Shown here: positions 37,211-46,815 of the stretch, in pieces
Layout of the letters: every line of letters starts with the position of its first letter
Numbering within the stretch: position 1 is the first letter of the stretch
Assembly: GCA_963844835.1 (NCBI GenBank)
Contig: CAWJPT010000007.1
Location: 396,251-460,250, forward strand
Length of the DNA stretch: 64,000 nucleotides
Reading direction: 5' to 3'
Source: an uncultured bacterium
GTDB lineage: Bacteria; Actinomycetota; Acidimicrobiia; Spongiisociales; UBA5794
The notes under the pieces: model-generated
Databases searched by the model: none
What the model was told of the DNA's origin: nothing
The model's input: only the letters and a program-made list of their open reading frames with translations
Translations under genes and position numbers: made by a program

Positions 37211-38158
37211 GGATGAGCGAAACAGGCTCTCGTCCGGCGGCGGCGTCGGCCGCTTCTTCTCGAGTTTCTTCTTCTGGCGGCGGGTGATCCATGCCAGCAG
37301 GATCGCGGCGACAATGAAGATGATGACGATGGCAACACCCCACCACATGCCAAATGATCCGCGTGGATATTGATCACGGATCCAGATACGCCACCGCTTC
37401 TCCAAACCTGCCCATGTCGCCTGATCAGTCTTCCTCAGGACGGATGTCCCCTCCTGAGAAACTGCGTAGTCGATGAACACACCCAATTGCGATCCGAGGA
37501 ACTGAGGGTCGAAGAGGTACGGATCTGGTCTGATGTCGCTCACCCATGGGATCGCGTCGTCGTCCGCTCGTTGCTCGGGATTGGGGTCGTCGAGGAACAG
37601 GGCGATGATGAGCTCGGACCGGTAGCGATCGAGCCTCCCCGTCTCTCGGGCCAGATACCAGTGGGCAATGGTGGTGCCGAGCGGGTCGGGATAGCCGTCC
37701 TTCAATCCGAGATCGACACTGAGCTGTTGCAGCGCGATCTGAGGAAGCCCGAACGCGATGGAGTCATCGATCATCCTGGGCTCGACGGCGGAGATCAAGA
37801 GCACTTTGTCGGCAGCAAACACAGCCGCATGGAGTCGCTGTCCGTAGACGACGTACTCCGAGAACGCGCTCGCCAGTTGGGGACTGGTCAGGCACACCGA
37901 GGATCCCTCGAGGTCACCTATCTCCTGTTCAACGAGAGCGGCCACGCGGTCGACGTCTCCACCAAAGCGCTCCGACTCAGCCTCGCTCATCCCAGCCGTC
38001 TCCAGCGAGGTAGGCCCTTCGCCTTTCTGGGTGATCCAGTCGATGCCCGGGAACAGCTCGGAGCAACGCGACTGCTGAGCGATGGCCTGCGGTGAGTTTA
38101 CGAGGCCGATCGTCACGATGACGAGGCCGATGATCCAAAGGTGCCTCACGGCGCGCAC
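37196..38158 (-). CDS. hypothetical secreted/membrane-anchored protein
   Basis: The preferred GTG start at 38156-38158 gives the signal-like MRAVRHLWIIGLVIVTIGLVNSPQAIAQQ. The C-terminus has a TM helix (WWGVAIVIIFIVAAILLAWI) plus a basic tail. No family was recognised. Confidence 0.5.
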   Translation of the reverse strand: MRAVRHLWIIGLVIVTIGLVNSPQAIAQQSRCSELFPGIDWITQKGEGPTSLETAGMSEAESERFGGDVDRVAALVEQEIGDLEGSSVCLTSPQLASAFSEYVVYGQRLHAAVFAADKVLLISAVEPRMIDDSIAFGLPQIALQQLSVDLGLKDGYPDPLGTTIAHWYLARETGRLDRYRSELIIALFLDDPNPEQRADDDAIPWVSDIRPDPYLFDPQFLGSQLGVFIDYAVSQEGTSVLRKTDQATWAGLEKRWRIWIRDQYPRGSFGMWWGVAIVIIFIVAAILLAWITRRQKKKLEKKRPTPPPDESLFRSSSAES

Positions 38159-38231
38159 TCTAATCCCGATCCTGATGTTAAAAAATGCCAGACAACGGCT
38201 TGCTGTTCGCGTCTGCCTGTATTTAAGGTGC

Positions 38232-39071
38232 ATGCATCGGCGTGCGTTGCGCCACGGTCGAAAGACCAAGTCAGGAGCGGAAAACCCCGTGCGGCCTCGC
38301 TTTCACATTTCGTTGGCAGGGTCATTGATCGTGATCCTCATCGCCGCCCTCGGCTTTGCAGCAATCTCTGCAAGGAGCCCGGGCATTGAGCCTGAAGCTG
38401 CAGGCGATGCGGTGCTGCCCAAGGCACTCGAGGCGAGAGTTGCCGCTGCTGCCTTCGCCAGCATGCTCGAGCCGCTCCCGACGACAACGACGACTTCTCC
38501 CGAAACAGCGGTGACGATGCGTATCGAAGCGGCAGCTACCCCGGTGGCGCCGTCGTCTACGACCACCACGACAACAACCACCACCGTGGCACCGACGACG
38601 ACCGCAGCACCCACCACAACTACAACCGCGGCGCCCAAGCCGACGACCACGACGACGACCACGACGACGACCACGACCACCACCACGACAACAACCACCG
38701 TTCCCCCGCCCACTACGACGACGACCGCCGCACCCACCACCACGGCGCCACCTGTGGACGGCGGTCCCCGCGACGTCGAAGAGTGGCGTCCCTTCGTGGC
38801 GACGTACTTCACCGCCGACCTCGTCGAAGACGCTCTTGCCGTCATGAGGTGCGAGAGCCTCGGGGATCCCCTCGCCTACAACGCGGCCTCCGGCGCGTCC
38901 GGCCTCTATCAGTTCATCCCCGGGACCTGGGCGTGGGCATCCCCAAACGCCGGATTCGGCGGCGTCACCGCGTTCGACCCCGAAGCCAATATCGCTACGG
39001 CGGCGTGGCTCGTCCAGCGATCCATCGACCAGGGTGACAACCCCTGGGCGCATTGGAGCTGCCGCCCCTGA
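38232..39071 (+). CDS. secreted lytic transglycosylase-domain protein with long Thr/Pro/Ala-rich linker
   Basis: An N-terminal TM/signal segment (ISLAGSLIVILIAALGFAAIS) is followed by a poly-Thr linker. The C-terminal domain reads MRCESLGDPLAYNAASGASGLYQFIPGTWAW...ATAAWLVQ (E-S...GLYQ pattern). Confidence 0.7.
   Translation: MHRRALRHGRKTKSGAENPVRPRFHISLAGSLIVILIAALGFAAISARSPGIEPEAAGDAVLPKALEARVAAAAFASMLEPLPTTTTTSPETAVTMRIEAAATPVAPSSTTTTTTTTTVAPTTTAAPTTTTTAAPKPTTTTTTTTTTTTTTTTTTTVPPPTTTTTAAPTTTAPPVDGGPRDVEEWRPFVATYFTADLVEDALAVMRCESLGDPLAYNAASGASGLYQFIPGTWAWASPNAGFGGVTAFDPEANIATAAWLVQRSIDQGDNPWAHWSCRP
38557..38745 (+). repeat. low-complexity ACN-codon tract encoding a poly-threonine linker (includes an uninterrupted run of about 19 Thr at ~38641-38699)
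   Basis: Direct reading shows acgaccaccacg.../acgacgaccacgacc... repeats. The antisense strand yields poly-Val/Gly shadow ORFs. Confidence 0.9.
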
Positions 39072-39133
39072 TTCCGGGTTCGGTTTCAGACCCTCATCAT
39101 CTTTCCTTTAGAATCCATGTCGTGCTGAAGAAA

Positions 39134-39457
39134 ATGCTTCGCTTTCTCGCCCTGGTTCTCGTCGCCGGTGCAATCGTATGGTTGACCCGGGAACGTCTGC
39201 TTCCCGAGCCGCGGGTCGTCTCAGATGAGCCCCGGCCTCCGTTTCGATCGATGCCCCCCGCACCACGCGCGGTGCCAGACGACCTGACGGAGATCAAGGG
39301 AATCGGACCCGTTTTCGCCGGAAGGCTCAACGAGGCAGGGATACGATCCTTCCGCGGACTCACCGAGATGAACGCCGCCGTCATCGCACCCGCCATAGGC
39401 ACGACCGAGGCCATCGTCGAGGATTGGATCCTCCAGGCCAGAGCCCGGCTCAGCTGA
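39134..39457 (+). CDS. membrane-anchored helix-hairpin-helix domain protein
   Basis: MLRFLALVLVAGAIVWL is a TM segment. The C-terminal DDLTEIKGIGPVFAGRLNEAGIRSFRGL is an HhH motif. Confidence 0.55.
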   Translation: MLRFLALVLVAGAIVWLTRERLLPEPRVVSDEPRPPFRSMPPAPRAVPDDLTEIKGIGPVFAGRLNEAGIRSFRGLTEMNAAVIAPAIGTTEAIVEDWILQARARLS

Positions 39458-39467
39458 ATCGCGGCAG

Positions 39468-40528
39468 ATGTCTGTCACCGCCTATCAACTCGATCTCGAG
39501 GATCTCGCGTCGCTCCTGCCCGGGGAGCCCGCCTATCGCGTTGATCAGCTCAGAGAATGGCTGTATCAGCATCCTGTGCTCGATCCGAGCATGATGACGA
39601 ATCTCCCCGGCGAGGTACGAGAGCGGCTGCATGATCGGCTGTGGCCGTTCATAACCGAGATCGAGCAATCGGCAGACGACGGGCGCACCCGAAAGTGGCT
39701 GTTCCGGGCCAGCGACGGCGCGTCGATCGAGGCGGTGCTCATGGGCTACGAACGCCGCACGACGCTGTGCATCTCATCCCAGGCAGGTTGTGCGATGGGC
39801 TGCACGTTCTGCGCCACCGGCCAGTTCGGCTTCGAGCGGCACCTCGATGCCGGCGAGATCGTCGCCCAGATCGCATATGCCAACGCCGCGATGCAGGCGC
39901 AGCCGCTTCCGGCATCACCAAACCGCGTCACCAACGTCGTGTTCATGGGCATGGGCGAGCCACTCGCCAACTACACGAGATCTACGCGAGTCACTGCACC
40001 GCATCATCGATGTGATCGACATGGCGGCCCGATCCGTAACCGTCTCGACGGTTGGGGTGGTCCCCGGTATCAGGCGGCTCGCCGACGAGCCGTGGCAGGT
40101 TGGGCTTGCCATCAGCCTCCACGCTGCGGACGACGTACTCCGGTCATCGCTCGTGCCGCTCAACAATCGCTACCCGATCAGCGAGTTGGTCAAGCCGCCT
40201 CCTACTACTTCGAGAAGACCGGCAGAGGGTATCTATCGAGTGGACGATGATGGACGGGGTCAACGACACCATCGAACAGGCGAGGAAACTGGCCGAGATC
40301 GCCCGAAGCCTGCACGCTCATATCAACGTGATCTCGCTCAATCCAACGCCCCTCACCGAGCACCGTCGCCCGGACCGGCTCGCCGTCGTAGAGTTTGTCA
40401 ATGAGTTGAACGGCCTCGGCGCAAACGCGACGTATCGAGAGACCCGGGGTCAAGACATCGATGCTGCCTGCGGGCAGCTACGGATACGTAGCGCAGAGGA
40501 GAAACGAAATGACGCTAGAGATCGGTGA
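39468..40528 (+). pseudogene. rlmN: 23S rRNA (adenine2503-C2)-methyltransferase RlmN, radical SAM (3 frame changes as sequenced)
   Basis: Frame 0 holds the CxxxCxxC motif [16 protein letters not shown] and ends near GMGEPLANY. The sequence continues [25 protein letters not shown]...[10 protein letters not shown] (frame of ORF 39790..40404), then [12 protein letters not shown] (back in the first frame), then [15 protein letters not shown]...ACGQL (ORF 40052..40528). Confidence 0.85.
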
Positions 40529-40973
40529 CGCGGCACCTCCCTTCAGTCTTGACGACGACGCGGGGACCACGAGGACGAACGAGGATTTCGCCGGTCGGCA
40601 ACTGGTGATCTACTTCTACCCCAAGGCATTCACACCAGGTTGCACTACAGAAGCCTGCGACTTCCGGGACAACTACAACCGATTCGTGGCGGCCGGTTAC
40701 CAGGTTGTCGGCGTGAGCCCCGATCCTGTGGACAGCCTCGCCAAGTTCCGCAAGGAATACGAGCTGCCGTTCCCGCTCCTCAGTGACGAGGAGCACACCA
40801 TGGCCGAGGCCTACGGCGCTTGGGGCATCAAGAAGAACTACGGCAAGGAGTACGAGGGAGTCATTCGCTCTACCTTTGTCGTCGGCGCCGACGGGAACAT
40901 CGAGAATGCCTGGTACAACGTGCGCGCCAAGGAGCACGTCGACAGGGTGGGCAACGCCCTGCTCGGGACTTGA
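40509..40973 (+). CDS. bcp: thioredoxin-dependent thiol peroxidase (Bcp/PrxQ)
   Basis: MTLEIGDAAPPFSLDD...LVIYFYPKAFTPGCTTEACDFRD, typical of Bcp. Confidence 0.9.
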   Translation: MTLEIGDAAPPFSLDDDAGTTRTNEDFAGRQLVIYFYPKAFTPGCTTEACDFRDNYNRFVAAGYQVVGVSPDPVDSLAKFRKEYELPFPLLSDEEHTMAEAYGAWGIKKNYGKEYEGVIRSTFVVGADGNIENAWYNVRAKEHVDRVGNALLGT

Positions 40974-41205
40974 CGGCACTGCGCAGTGGGCGCGCCCTCT
41001 GGCGAGCGATCACCCGGACGGTCGGTGTCGCAGCGAACCACCGTCGATACCATCCGGCTGGGCGCCAAATCGGGCGCCCGACAGCACGTAGGCTGATAGG
41101 ACGTGGTGGGAATCGGCGAGCCAAATGTGGCATCGTTAGACCTGCCATCAGACGAGACAACTGGAATCGACTCGACATGATCACACGTCGAGAGAGGACT
41201 TCATC

Positions 41206-42075
41206 TTGAAACCCGTGCGCAAAGCAATATTCCCCGTTGCGGGGCTGGGCACCCGTTTCCTGCCCGCCACCAAGGCGCTCCCAAAAGAGATGCTGCCCGT
41301 CGTCGACCGCCCACTCATCGAATATGCGGTAGACGAAGCCAGGGCAGCAGGGGTCGAGGAATTCATCTTCGTCACCGGCAAGGGCAAGAGCGCCATCGAA
41401 GATCATTTCGACGCACATTTCGAGCTCGAGGCGATATTGAGCGAGCGCGGCAGGGAGGCGGAGCTCGCCCTGATCAACGCATCCAAGCTGGAGCCGGGGC
41501 AAATCACCTACGTGCGGCAGATGTCCCCGCTCGGCCTCGGCCATGCCGTCTGGTGCGCACGCAACCTCATTGGTGACGAGCCGTTCGCAGTATTGCTGGC
41601 AGATGATCTGATCCAGGCGAAGAAACCAACGCTCGTCGAGCTCGTCGAGGCCTACGAGAAGTACGGCGGCAACGTCGTCTCGCTTATGGAGGTTCCCGAG
41701 CAGCAAACGTCGCGCTACGGCATCGTCACTCCCGGTGAGGAAGACGGTCCGGTCATCGAGATCAAGGGCCTCGTCGAGAAGCCTGACCCGAACGATGCTC
41801 CTTCCAACCTCGCCGTCGTGGGCAGATACATTCTCCAGCCCGAGGTCATGGATTTCCTGGGACGTGGCGAAACCGGGGCCGGCAACGAGATCCAGCTGAC
41901 CGATTCCCTGCGGAGCCTGGTGGGACGTGGGCCGTTCCACGGGGTCCGATTGAGCGGCACCAGGTTTGACTGCGGCAACAAGATCGGATTTCTCGAAGCC
42001 GGCATCGCATATGGCCTGGAGCACGCCGACCTAGGTGAGGAACTTCGCCGCAGAATCACCCGTCTACTCGGGTAA
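41206..42075 (+). CDS. galU: UTP--glucose-1-phosphate uridylyltransferase
   Basis: KAIFPVAGLGTRFLPATKALPKEMLPVVDRPLIEYAVDEA. The start codon is TTG and the length is 289 aa. Confidence 0.92.
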   Translation: MKPVRKAIFPVAGLGTRFLPATKALPKEMLPVVDRPLIEYAVDEARAAGVEEFIFVTGKGKSAIEDHFDAHFELEAILSERGREAELALINASKLEPGQITYVRQMSPLGLGHAVWCARNLIGDEPFAVLLADDLIQAKKPTLVELVEAYEKYGGNVVSLMEVPEQQTSRYGIVTPGEEDGPVIEIKGLVEKPDPNDAPSNLAVVGRYILQPEVMDFLGRGETGAGNEIQLTDSLRSLVGRGPFHGVRLSGTRFDCGNKIGFLEAGIAYGLEHADLGEELRRRITRLLG

Positions 42076-42166
42076 CCGGTTTTTTCATATATCGACCCCC
42101 GGTCGGTAGGGTTTTACCCACCATCGCCGCGGGGCACAGAGCGCAGTCGACGAGAAAAGGAATCTC

Positions 42167-43249
42167 ATGGGCAAACTTCACGATCTACACCGGGAAGGCC
42201 AATCGGTCTGGCTCGACTTCATCCGCAGAGACATGCTGCGCAACGGCGAGCTCGCATCGATGGTCGAGGACGGAATCCGCGGATTGACCTCAAACCCCGC
42301 CATCTTCAAGAACGCCATCGCAGGCTCCGACGACTACGACGATGCGATCGCCGCTGCTCCAGACGATGCCTCACCATTGGCCGTCTTCGAGAGCCTTGCG
42401 ATCGCGGATATCCAAGACGCTGCCGATCTGCTTCGTGGCGTCTACAACTCGAGCGACGGTGACGACGGATACGTCAGCCTCGAGGTATCCCCCCATCTCG
42501 CCCACGAAACCGAGGGCACCATTGCAGAGGCACACCGCCTATGGGGATTGGTGGATCGACCGAATCTGATGATCAAGGTGCCTGCCACCGCTGCCGGCAT
42601 CCCGGCCATCGAAGAGCTCATCGCGGCGGGCATCAACGTCAACGCAACCCTGATGTTCTCCATGCAGGATTACGAGAATGTCGCCCAGGCTTATGTGCGT
42701 GGCCTCCGCAGGGCGGAGGAGCCCGCCAAGATCGCATCAGTCGCCTCGTTCTTCGTTAGCCGTGTCGACACCAGCACCGACAGTGCCCTGGAAAAGAACG
42801 GATCTGATGAAGCCATGGCGCAGCGGGGCAAGGCTGCCGTAGCCAACGCCAAGCTGGCGTACCGGCGCTACCAAGAGATCTTCGAGGCAGATTCATTCGC
42901 CGACATGATCGGAAAGGGCGCTCGACCCCAGCGGGTGCTCTGGGCGAGCACAGGCACCAAGAACCCCGAGTACTCGGATGTGCTCTACGTCGAGCCGCTG
43001 ATCGGCGCCAATACTGTCAATACCATGCCCCCGGCGACCATTGACGCCTTCCTCGATCATGGTGACGTGACCAAGGGTGAATTGACAGAGAACGTCGAGG
43101 GCGCCCGTCATGACATCGAGGTTCTCGCCGATTTCGGGATCGACTTCGAGCAGATCACGGCCGACCTGCAGGTGGCAGGTGTCAAGGCGTTCCAGGACTC
43201 ATTCGACGATCTGCTCGACGCGGTGGCGCAGAAGATCAGTCAACTCTGA
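42167..43249 (+). CDS. tal: transaldolase
   Basis: A 360-aa actinobacterial-type transaldolase (QSVWLDFIRRDML, GLTSNPAIF, MIKVPAT). Confidence 0.9.
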   Translation: MGKLHDLHREGQSVWLDFIRRDMLRNGELASMVEDGIRGLTSNPAIFKNAIAGSDDYDDAIAAAPDDASPLAVFESLAIADIQDAADLLRGVYNSSDGDDGYVSLEVSPHLAHETEGTIAEAHRLWGLVDRPNLMIKVPATAAGIPAIEELIAAGINVNATLMFSMQDYENVAQAYVRGLRRAEEPAKIASVASFFVSRVDTSTDSALEKNGSDEAMAQRGKAAVANAKLAYRRYQEIFEADSFADMIGKGARPQRVLWASTGTKNPEYSDVLYVEPLIGANTVNTMPPATIDAFLDHGDVTKGELTENVEGARHDIEVLADFGIDFEQITADLQVAGVKAFQDSFDDLLDAVAQKISQL

Positions 43250-45197
43250 TAACGGAGCGAACCAGCGGGAACCGCAGCTCGAAGTAGCTACCGGTTTCGT
43301 AACGGTAGCTGATCGAGCCCATCATGAGCTCGGTCAGCTTCCGCGACACCGTGAGACCCAAACCGACAGAGCCCGGGACACGCCGGCTCTGGTGGGCGCG
43401 TTCGTATGGAGCGAATATCTTCTCTTGATCTGCTGCCGCGATCCCAGTGCCGTCGTCGAACACCGATACGACTGCCTCTTCGGAGGTGTCGCCGAGCATG
43501 ATCTTGATCCTCGGGCCTCCGTAGCGGATCGCGTTGGTCAACAGATTGCGCATCACCTGACGGAACCGCACCGGATCTACCAATCCCACCACACCGTCGC
43601 CGATCGTCTCGATTCGAGCTCGGTCGGCCAGGGTGCACGAGGCGACGACCTGGTCTATGCAGCTTCTCAGATCAACGTCCTCCGGATAGATCGGGACCTT
43701 CCCGATGTCGGCTCTTGCCGCCACCAGCAGATCTTCGATCAGATCCCCCATCTCCTTGCTCTCTCCAGCAATCAGAGAGATGAACTCACCGAGCTCAGCG
43801 TCGGAGAACGTCTGCCATCTCTGATCGAGCTCGAGAGCGAGGCCGGCAACAACCGTCAACGGCGTCCGTAGCTCGTGGGACACAGAGGCGATGAATTCGT
43901 CCTTCGACCGCATCAGTTGATCCATACGATCACGGTCGTGCCATCGGGCGATGGCTGCCCCAAGCGTTGCAGCAACCGCGGTGAGGAACGCCCGATCTCT
44001 CTCGCTCGGTAGGAAGCGGCACCCGGCGGCCGCGATTACGCCGTAGGTCTCCTCGGAGCCAGAGAGCAGTGCAGCAACTCCGCTGAACTCGCATCCACCC
44101 GGTCCTGAGCCGGAAGGCAGGTCCATGATGCCGTCAGTTTGGGGGTCATCCCCGATGGCCTCGATCAGGTAGTCGTGGATTGCCTCTCGCATGCGCACGG
44201 AGTCGACTTGATATGACACTTCTGTTACAAGAGGCTCGTAGCCATCCTGAACGGGTGCGATCAGGGCGCAGTCGGCTCCCAATAGAGCGCCAACACGCTG
44301 GACCGCCTCCCCGAGAGCTTCCTCGACATCCTTACCCCTGAGCGCGGTGCGGGCGATCTCTGCCAACGACTCCTGCTGCTGTCTGCGCTGCTCCAATTCC
44401 GCGAGGTATTGCTGCTCCCTGGTCACATCGACGGCAACGCCTTCGAAGATGGGGCCGTCGCTCGCAGTCACCATGCGATTCATGTCCCGAACGCGGAGCT
44501 CGCGACCGCTTGCGCTCCTCAGATGCAGGATGCGATCGTCGACCGGCTCTCCCTCGCTCCCCTGGCTCTCGGTGCGTCGTTCCCCAGGATCAACATAAAA
44601 ATCGGCGGCATTCATACCGTGCAGAGTGCCTTCTTCCGGGAGCTCCAGCAGATCGAGCAGCGCCTTGTTGAAGTCGATGATCTCGCCATCGAGCAAGGTG
44701 CGGTATGCGGGTACAGGCAGCTCAGAGAAGAACCGTTGGAACCGCTCCTCACTCTGACGGAGCGCATCTCTGGCGGCTTGCTTCTGGTCGACGGGAAAGA
44801 ACGCGATCAGTACAGCAGGCTTGCTGTGGTACCGGGCCGGTGAGGCAACCAGATCACAGTTGACGGTCTCACCGTGTCGTCCGGTGATGGTGGTGTCCGC
44901 TATCTCGATCCGCTCCGAGGAGGCCAGCGCAGAGTCGGCGATCCGCAGGGCCCCGGCAACCGACTCGGGCGCTAGATAGTCCTCGAGATCGGCCATCTCT
45001 TCGCTTGGGTTCACCCCGAGGAGGGCGGCAACACGATCGTTGGCATATGCCTTGCCCTCCAAGTCGAGGACGATCATCGAAACGGGAGCGTGCTCGAAGA
45101 AGCCACGGAATTCCAGGAACGCTCGTCTGCGCACGATCCGATCACGCAGCAAGACGAGGATGAGGCCAACTGCAATGCCAACGGCCACCCATTCCAT
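43236..45197 (-). CDS. sensor histidine kinase (TM, PAS, PAS, GAF, HisKA, HATPase)
   Basis: 653 aa with the H-box SHELRTPLTVVAGLA and the C-terminal ATPase boxes (NLLTNAIRYG, DDGTGI, GLGLTVS). No response regulator is adjacent. Confidence 0.85.
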   Translation of the reverse strand: MEWVAVGIAVGLILVLLRDRIVRRRAFLEFRGFFEHAPVSMIVLDLEGKAYANDRVAALLGVNPSEEMADLEDYLAPESVAGALRIADSALASSERIEIADTTITGRHGETVNCDLVASPARYHSKPAVLIAFFPVDQKQAARDALRQSEERFQRFFSELPVPAYRTLLDGEIIDFNKALLDLLELPEEGTLHGMNAADFYVDPGERRTESQGSEGEPVDDRILHLRSASGRELRVRDMNRMVTASDGPIFEGVAVDVTREQQYLAELEQRRQQQESLAEIARTALRGKDVEEALGEAVQRVGALLGADCALIAPVQDGYEPLVTEVSYQVDSVRMREAIHDYLIEAIGDDPQTDGIMDLPSGSGPGGCEFSGVAALLSGSEETYGVIAAAGCRFLPSERDRAFLTAVAATLGAAIARWHDRDRMDQLMRSKDEFIASVSHELRTPLTVVAGLALELDQRWQTFSDAELGEFISLIAGESKEMGDLIEDLLVAARADIGKVPIYPEDVDLRSCIDQVVASCTLADRARIETIGDGVVGLVDPVRFRQVMRNLLTNAIRYGGPRIKIMLGDTSEEAVVSVFDDGTGIAAADQEKIFAPYERAHQSRRVPGSVGLGLTVSRKLTELMMGSISYRYETGSYFELRFPLVRSVIRVD

Positions 45198-45238
45198 ACC
45201 CTGGCTATCGACCGTTCCAAACTCGACCTTGACGACAT

Positions 45239-45250
45239 TTGACTAGTCAA
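45239..45250. promoter_or_regulatory. palindromic motif TTGACTAGTCAA (site B, extended 12-nt palindrome), candidate operator
   Basis: The exact TGACTAGTCA core is at 45240..45249, 43 nt upstream of the histidine kinase ATG (45197). An additional TAGTCA half-site lies about 20 nt away. Confidence 0.5.
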
Positions 45251-45298
45251 TTCTGTGGTGAAGCCATAGTCAGTAGGGACCAGCATTCGGAGATGCCG

Positions 45299-45985
45299 TC
45301 AGAAGGGCAGCCCGCCCGCTTCACACAGGAAGCTCATCAACGGGCCCGCTCGCTTACAGGCGTCCACAAAATGCCCCATGAAGGCGTCTGAGGTGACCAG
45401 GCCCTGGGTGGTCGGGCTCATGGCGACGAAGTCCTTACGCCTCAAATCTTCGAGCAGCGGGTGATCTTCAGCAAAGCCTCGGGGAGCACGAACCAGTGAC
45501 TCGCCGCCGAGAGAGAAGACATCGACGAATCGCTTGCCACGAGTGGCCCGTGTCCAACGGGTTGGCTCCGTGGCGATGGCCTCTCTGATCGCATACGCGG
45601 TCTTGGTATCCGGGTGCCAGAGGCCGACACCGATGAAACACTCGCGCGGTTGCAGGTTCAGGTAGAAACCGGGAGCGTGAACATCCGATCCCATTCGGTG
45701 ACGAAAGTGCATCCCCGTATTCAGCTTGTACGGTGTCTTGTCCTTGCTGAAGCGAGTATCCCGCTGGATCCTGAATAGCGAGCCACCCACCTTCCGGGAA
45801 TCGACGAGGAAATACTCGCTGATCTTGCTGAGCGGTCCGGCAAAGTCATTGATGAAATCGAGGGCCGGTTCCCTGACGTGCTCCTCGTATGTGTTCTGAT
45901 GCTCCTTGAACCATTCCCGATTGTTGTTCTCGGCCAAGTCCCTGAGGAACGCAAACAGCTTGGGCGTGAAGTATCGCTTGCTCAT
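45299..45985 (-). CDS. DUF2461 (TIGR02453) family protein
   Basis: MSKRYFTPKLFAFLRDLAENNNREWFKEHQNTYEEHVREP is the family-typical N-terminus. Length 228 aa. Confidence 0.8.
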   Translation of the reverse strand: MSKRYFTPKLFAFLRDLAENNNREWFKEHQNTYEEHVREPALDFINDFAGPLSKISEYFLVDSRKVGGSLFRIQRDTRFSKDKTPYKLNTGMHFRHRMGSDVHAPGFYLNLQPRECFIGVGLWHPDTKTAYAIREAIATEPTRWTRATRGKRFVDVFSLGGESLVRAPRGFAEDHPLLEDLRRKDFVAMSPTTQGLVTSDAFMGHFVDACKRAGPLMSFLCEAGGLPF

Positions 45986-46050
45986 GAAATCAACCTACCC
46001 GGCGGCGGCGACAGATAACAGAGGTCCGTCTCGTCTCTATCCTCCGATTC

Positions 46051-46737
46051 ATGTTGCGGAAACGACCGGATCGCATCAAGGGCATCTCCGGCTCGCTCGA
46101 CACGCACCGGATCCTCGTTGTCGACGCTGTGGCAGGAGCGGGGGCAGGCATCGTTCGTGTGCTTGCGCTCGCCGGGGCCGAGGTGCTTGCCGCCTCATCC
46201 GACACGGCGTTGCTCGATGTGAGCGTGGCAAAGATCGTGAGCCCGCCTCGACCCATCCAGCCGGTGGGGAAACCTGCTGATGTTGCTACATCTTTCCCGC
46301 CGAGGGTCGACGCCCTCGTAGTCAATCCTTCGGAAACCGATCGGATCGACGCGGTCTGGCTCGACATTGCCGCAACGGGAGCCCGCCTGATGAGAGATCG
46401 GGGTCACACGGGCAGCATCGTCTTCGTGGCCCCGATTGCCCGCAGTGGGACAGACGGCGCAGTATCCGCCTACCTAGTGAGCGCCATGCAGAACCTCGCC
46501 GCCGAGCTTGCGCCCAATGCGATTCGGGTGAACGCGGTCGGCTGCGGCCCCGTCGGCTCGACCCGCCGCGGCCAGGTTCAGTCGAGCAGAGCAACACCTC
46601 TCGGACACGTCACGGTTCATCCGGTCGATGTCGGCAAGGCGGTTTGGTACCTGCTAAATCCCGAGCTGAGCGCCGCCGTGACCGGCACGGTGCTCACGGT
46701 TGACCGAGGAGCATCGCTGCTCCGACCGGATTGGTAA
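46051..46737 (+). CDS. SDR-family-like oxidoreductase with degenerate catalytic motif
   Basis: Rossmann-like VVDAVAGAGAGIV, and an NAIRVNAV...P motif. The expected YxxxK reads SAYLVSAMQ, with no Lys. Confidence 0.6.
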   Translation: MLRKRPDRIKGISGSLDTHRILVVDAVAGAGAGIVRVLALAGAEVLAASSDTALLDVSVAKIVSPPRPIQPVGKPADVATSFPPRVDALVVNPSETDRIDAVWLDIAATGARLMRDRGHTGSIVFVAPIARSGTDGAVSAYLVSAMQNLAAELAPNAIRVNAVGCGPVGSTRRGQVQSSRATPLGHVTVHPVDVGKAVWYLLNPELSAAVTGTVLTVDRGASLLRPDW

Positions 46738-46815
46738 TGGCGCCGGACGACCATGCCCGATCCGTGGGATCTGCACAGTGAAGTCGGCGCTGCCGTCACC
46801 GGGAGCGCGTCACCG

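Noticed and set aside
38159-38231. Cyclic-di-AMP (ydaO-type) riboswitch upstream of the cell-wall hydrolase-like gene
   Set aside because: The leader is only about 70 nt, is AT-rich, and shows none of the conserved ydaO helices or ACGGGG-type motifs that I could recognise.
38303-39053. Minus-strand ORFs encoding poly-Val/Gly/Arg tracts
   Set aside because: They are antisense translations of the poly-threonine linker of the transglycosylase-like gene.
40870-42024. 384-aa minus-strand ORF overlapping bcp and galU
   Set aside because: It is antisense to two well-supported genes with clear family motifs. Its translation is Arg-rich and motif-free.
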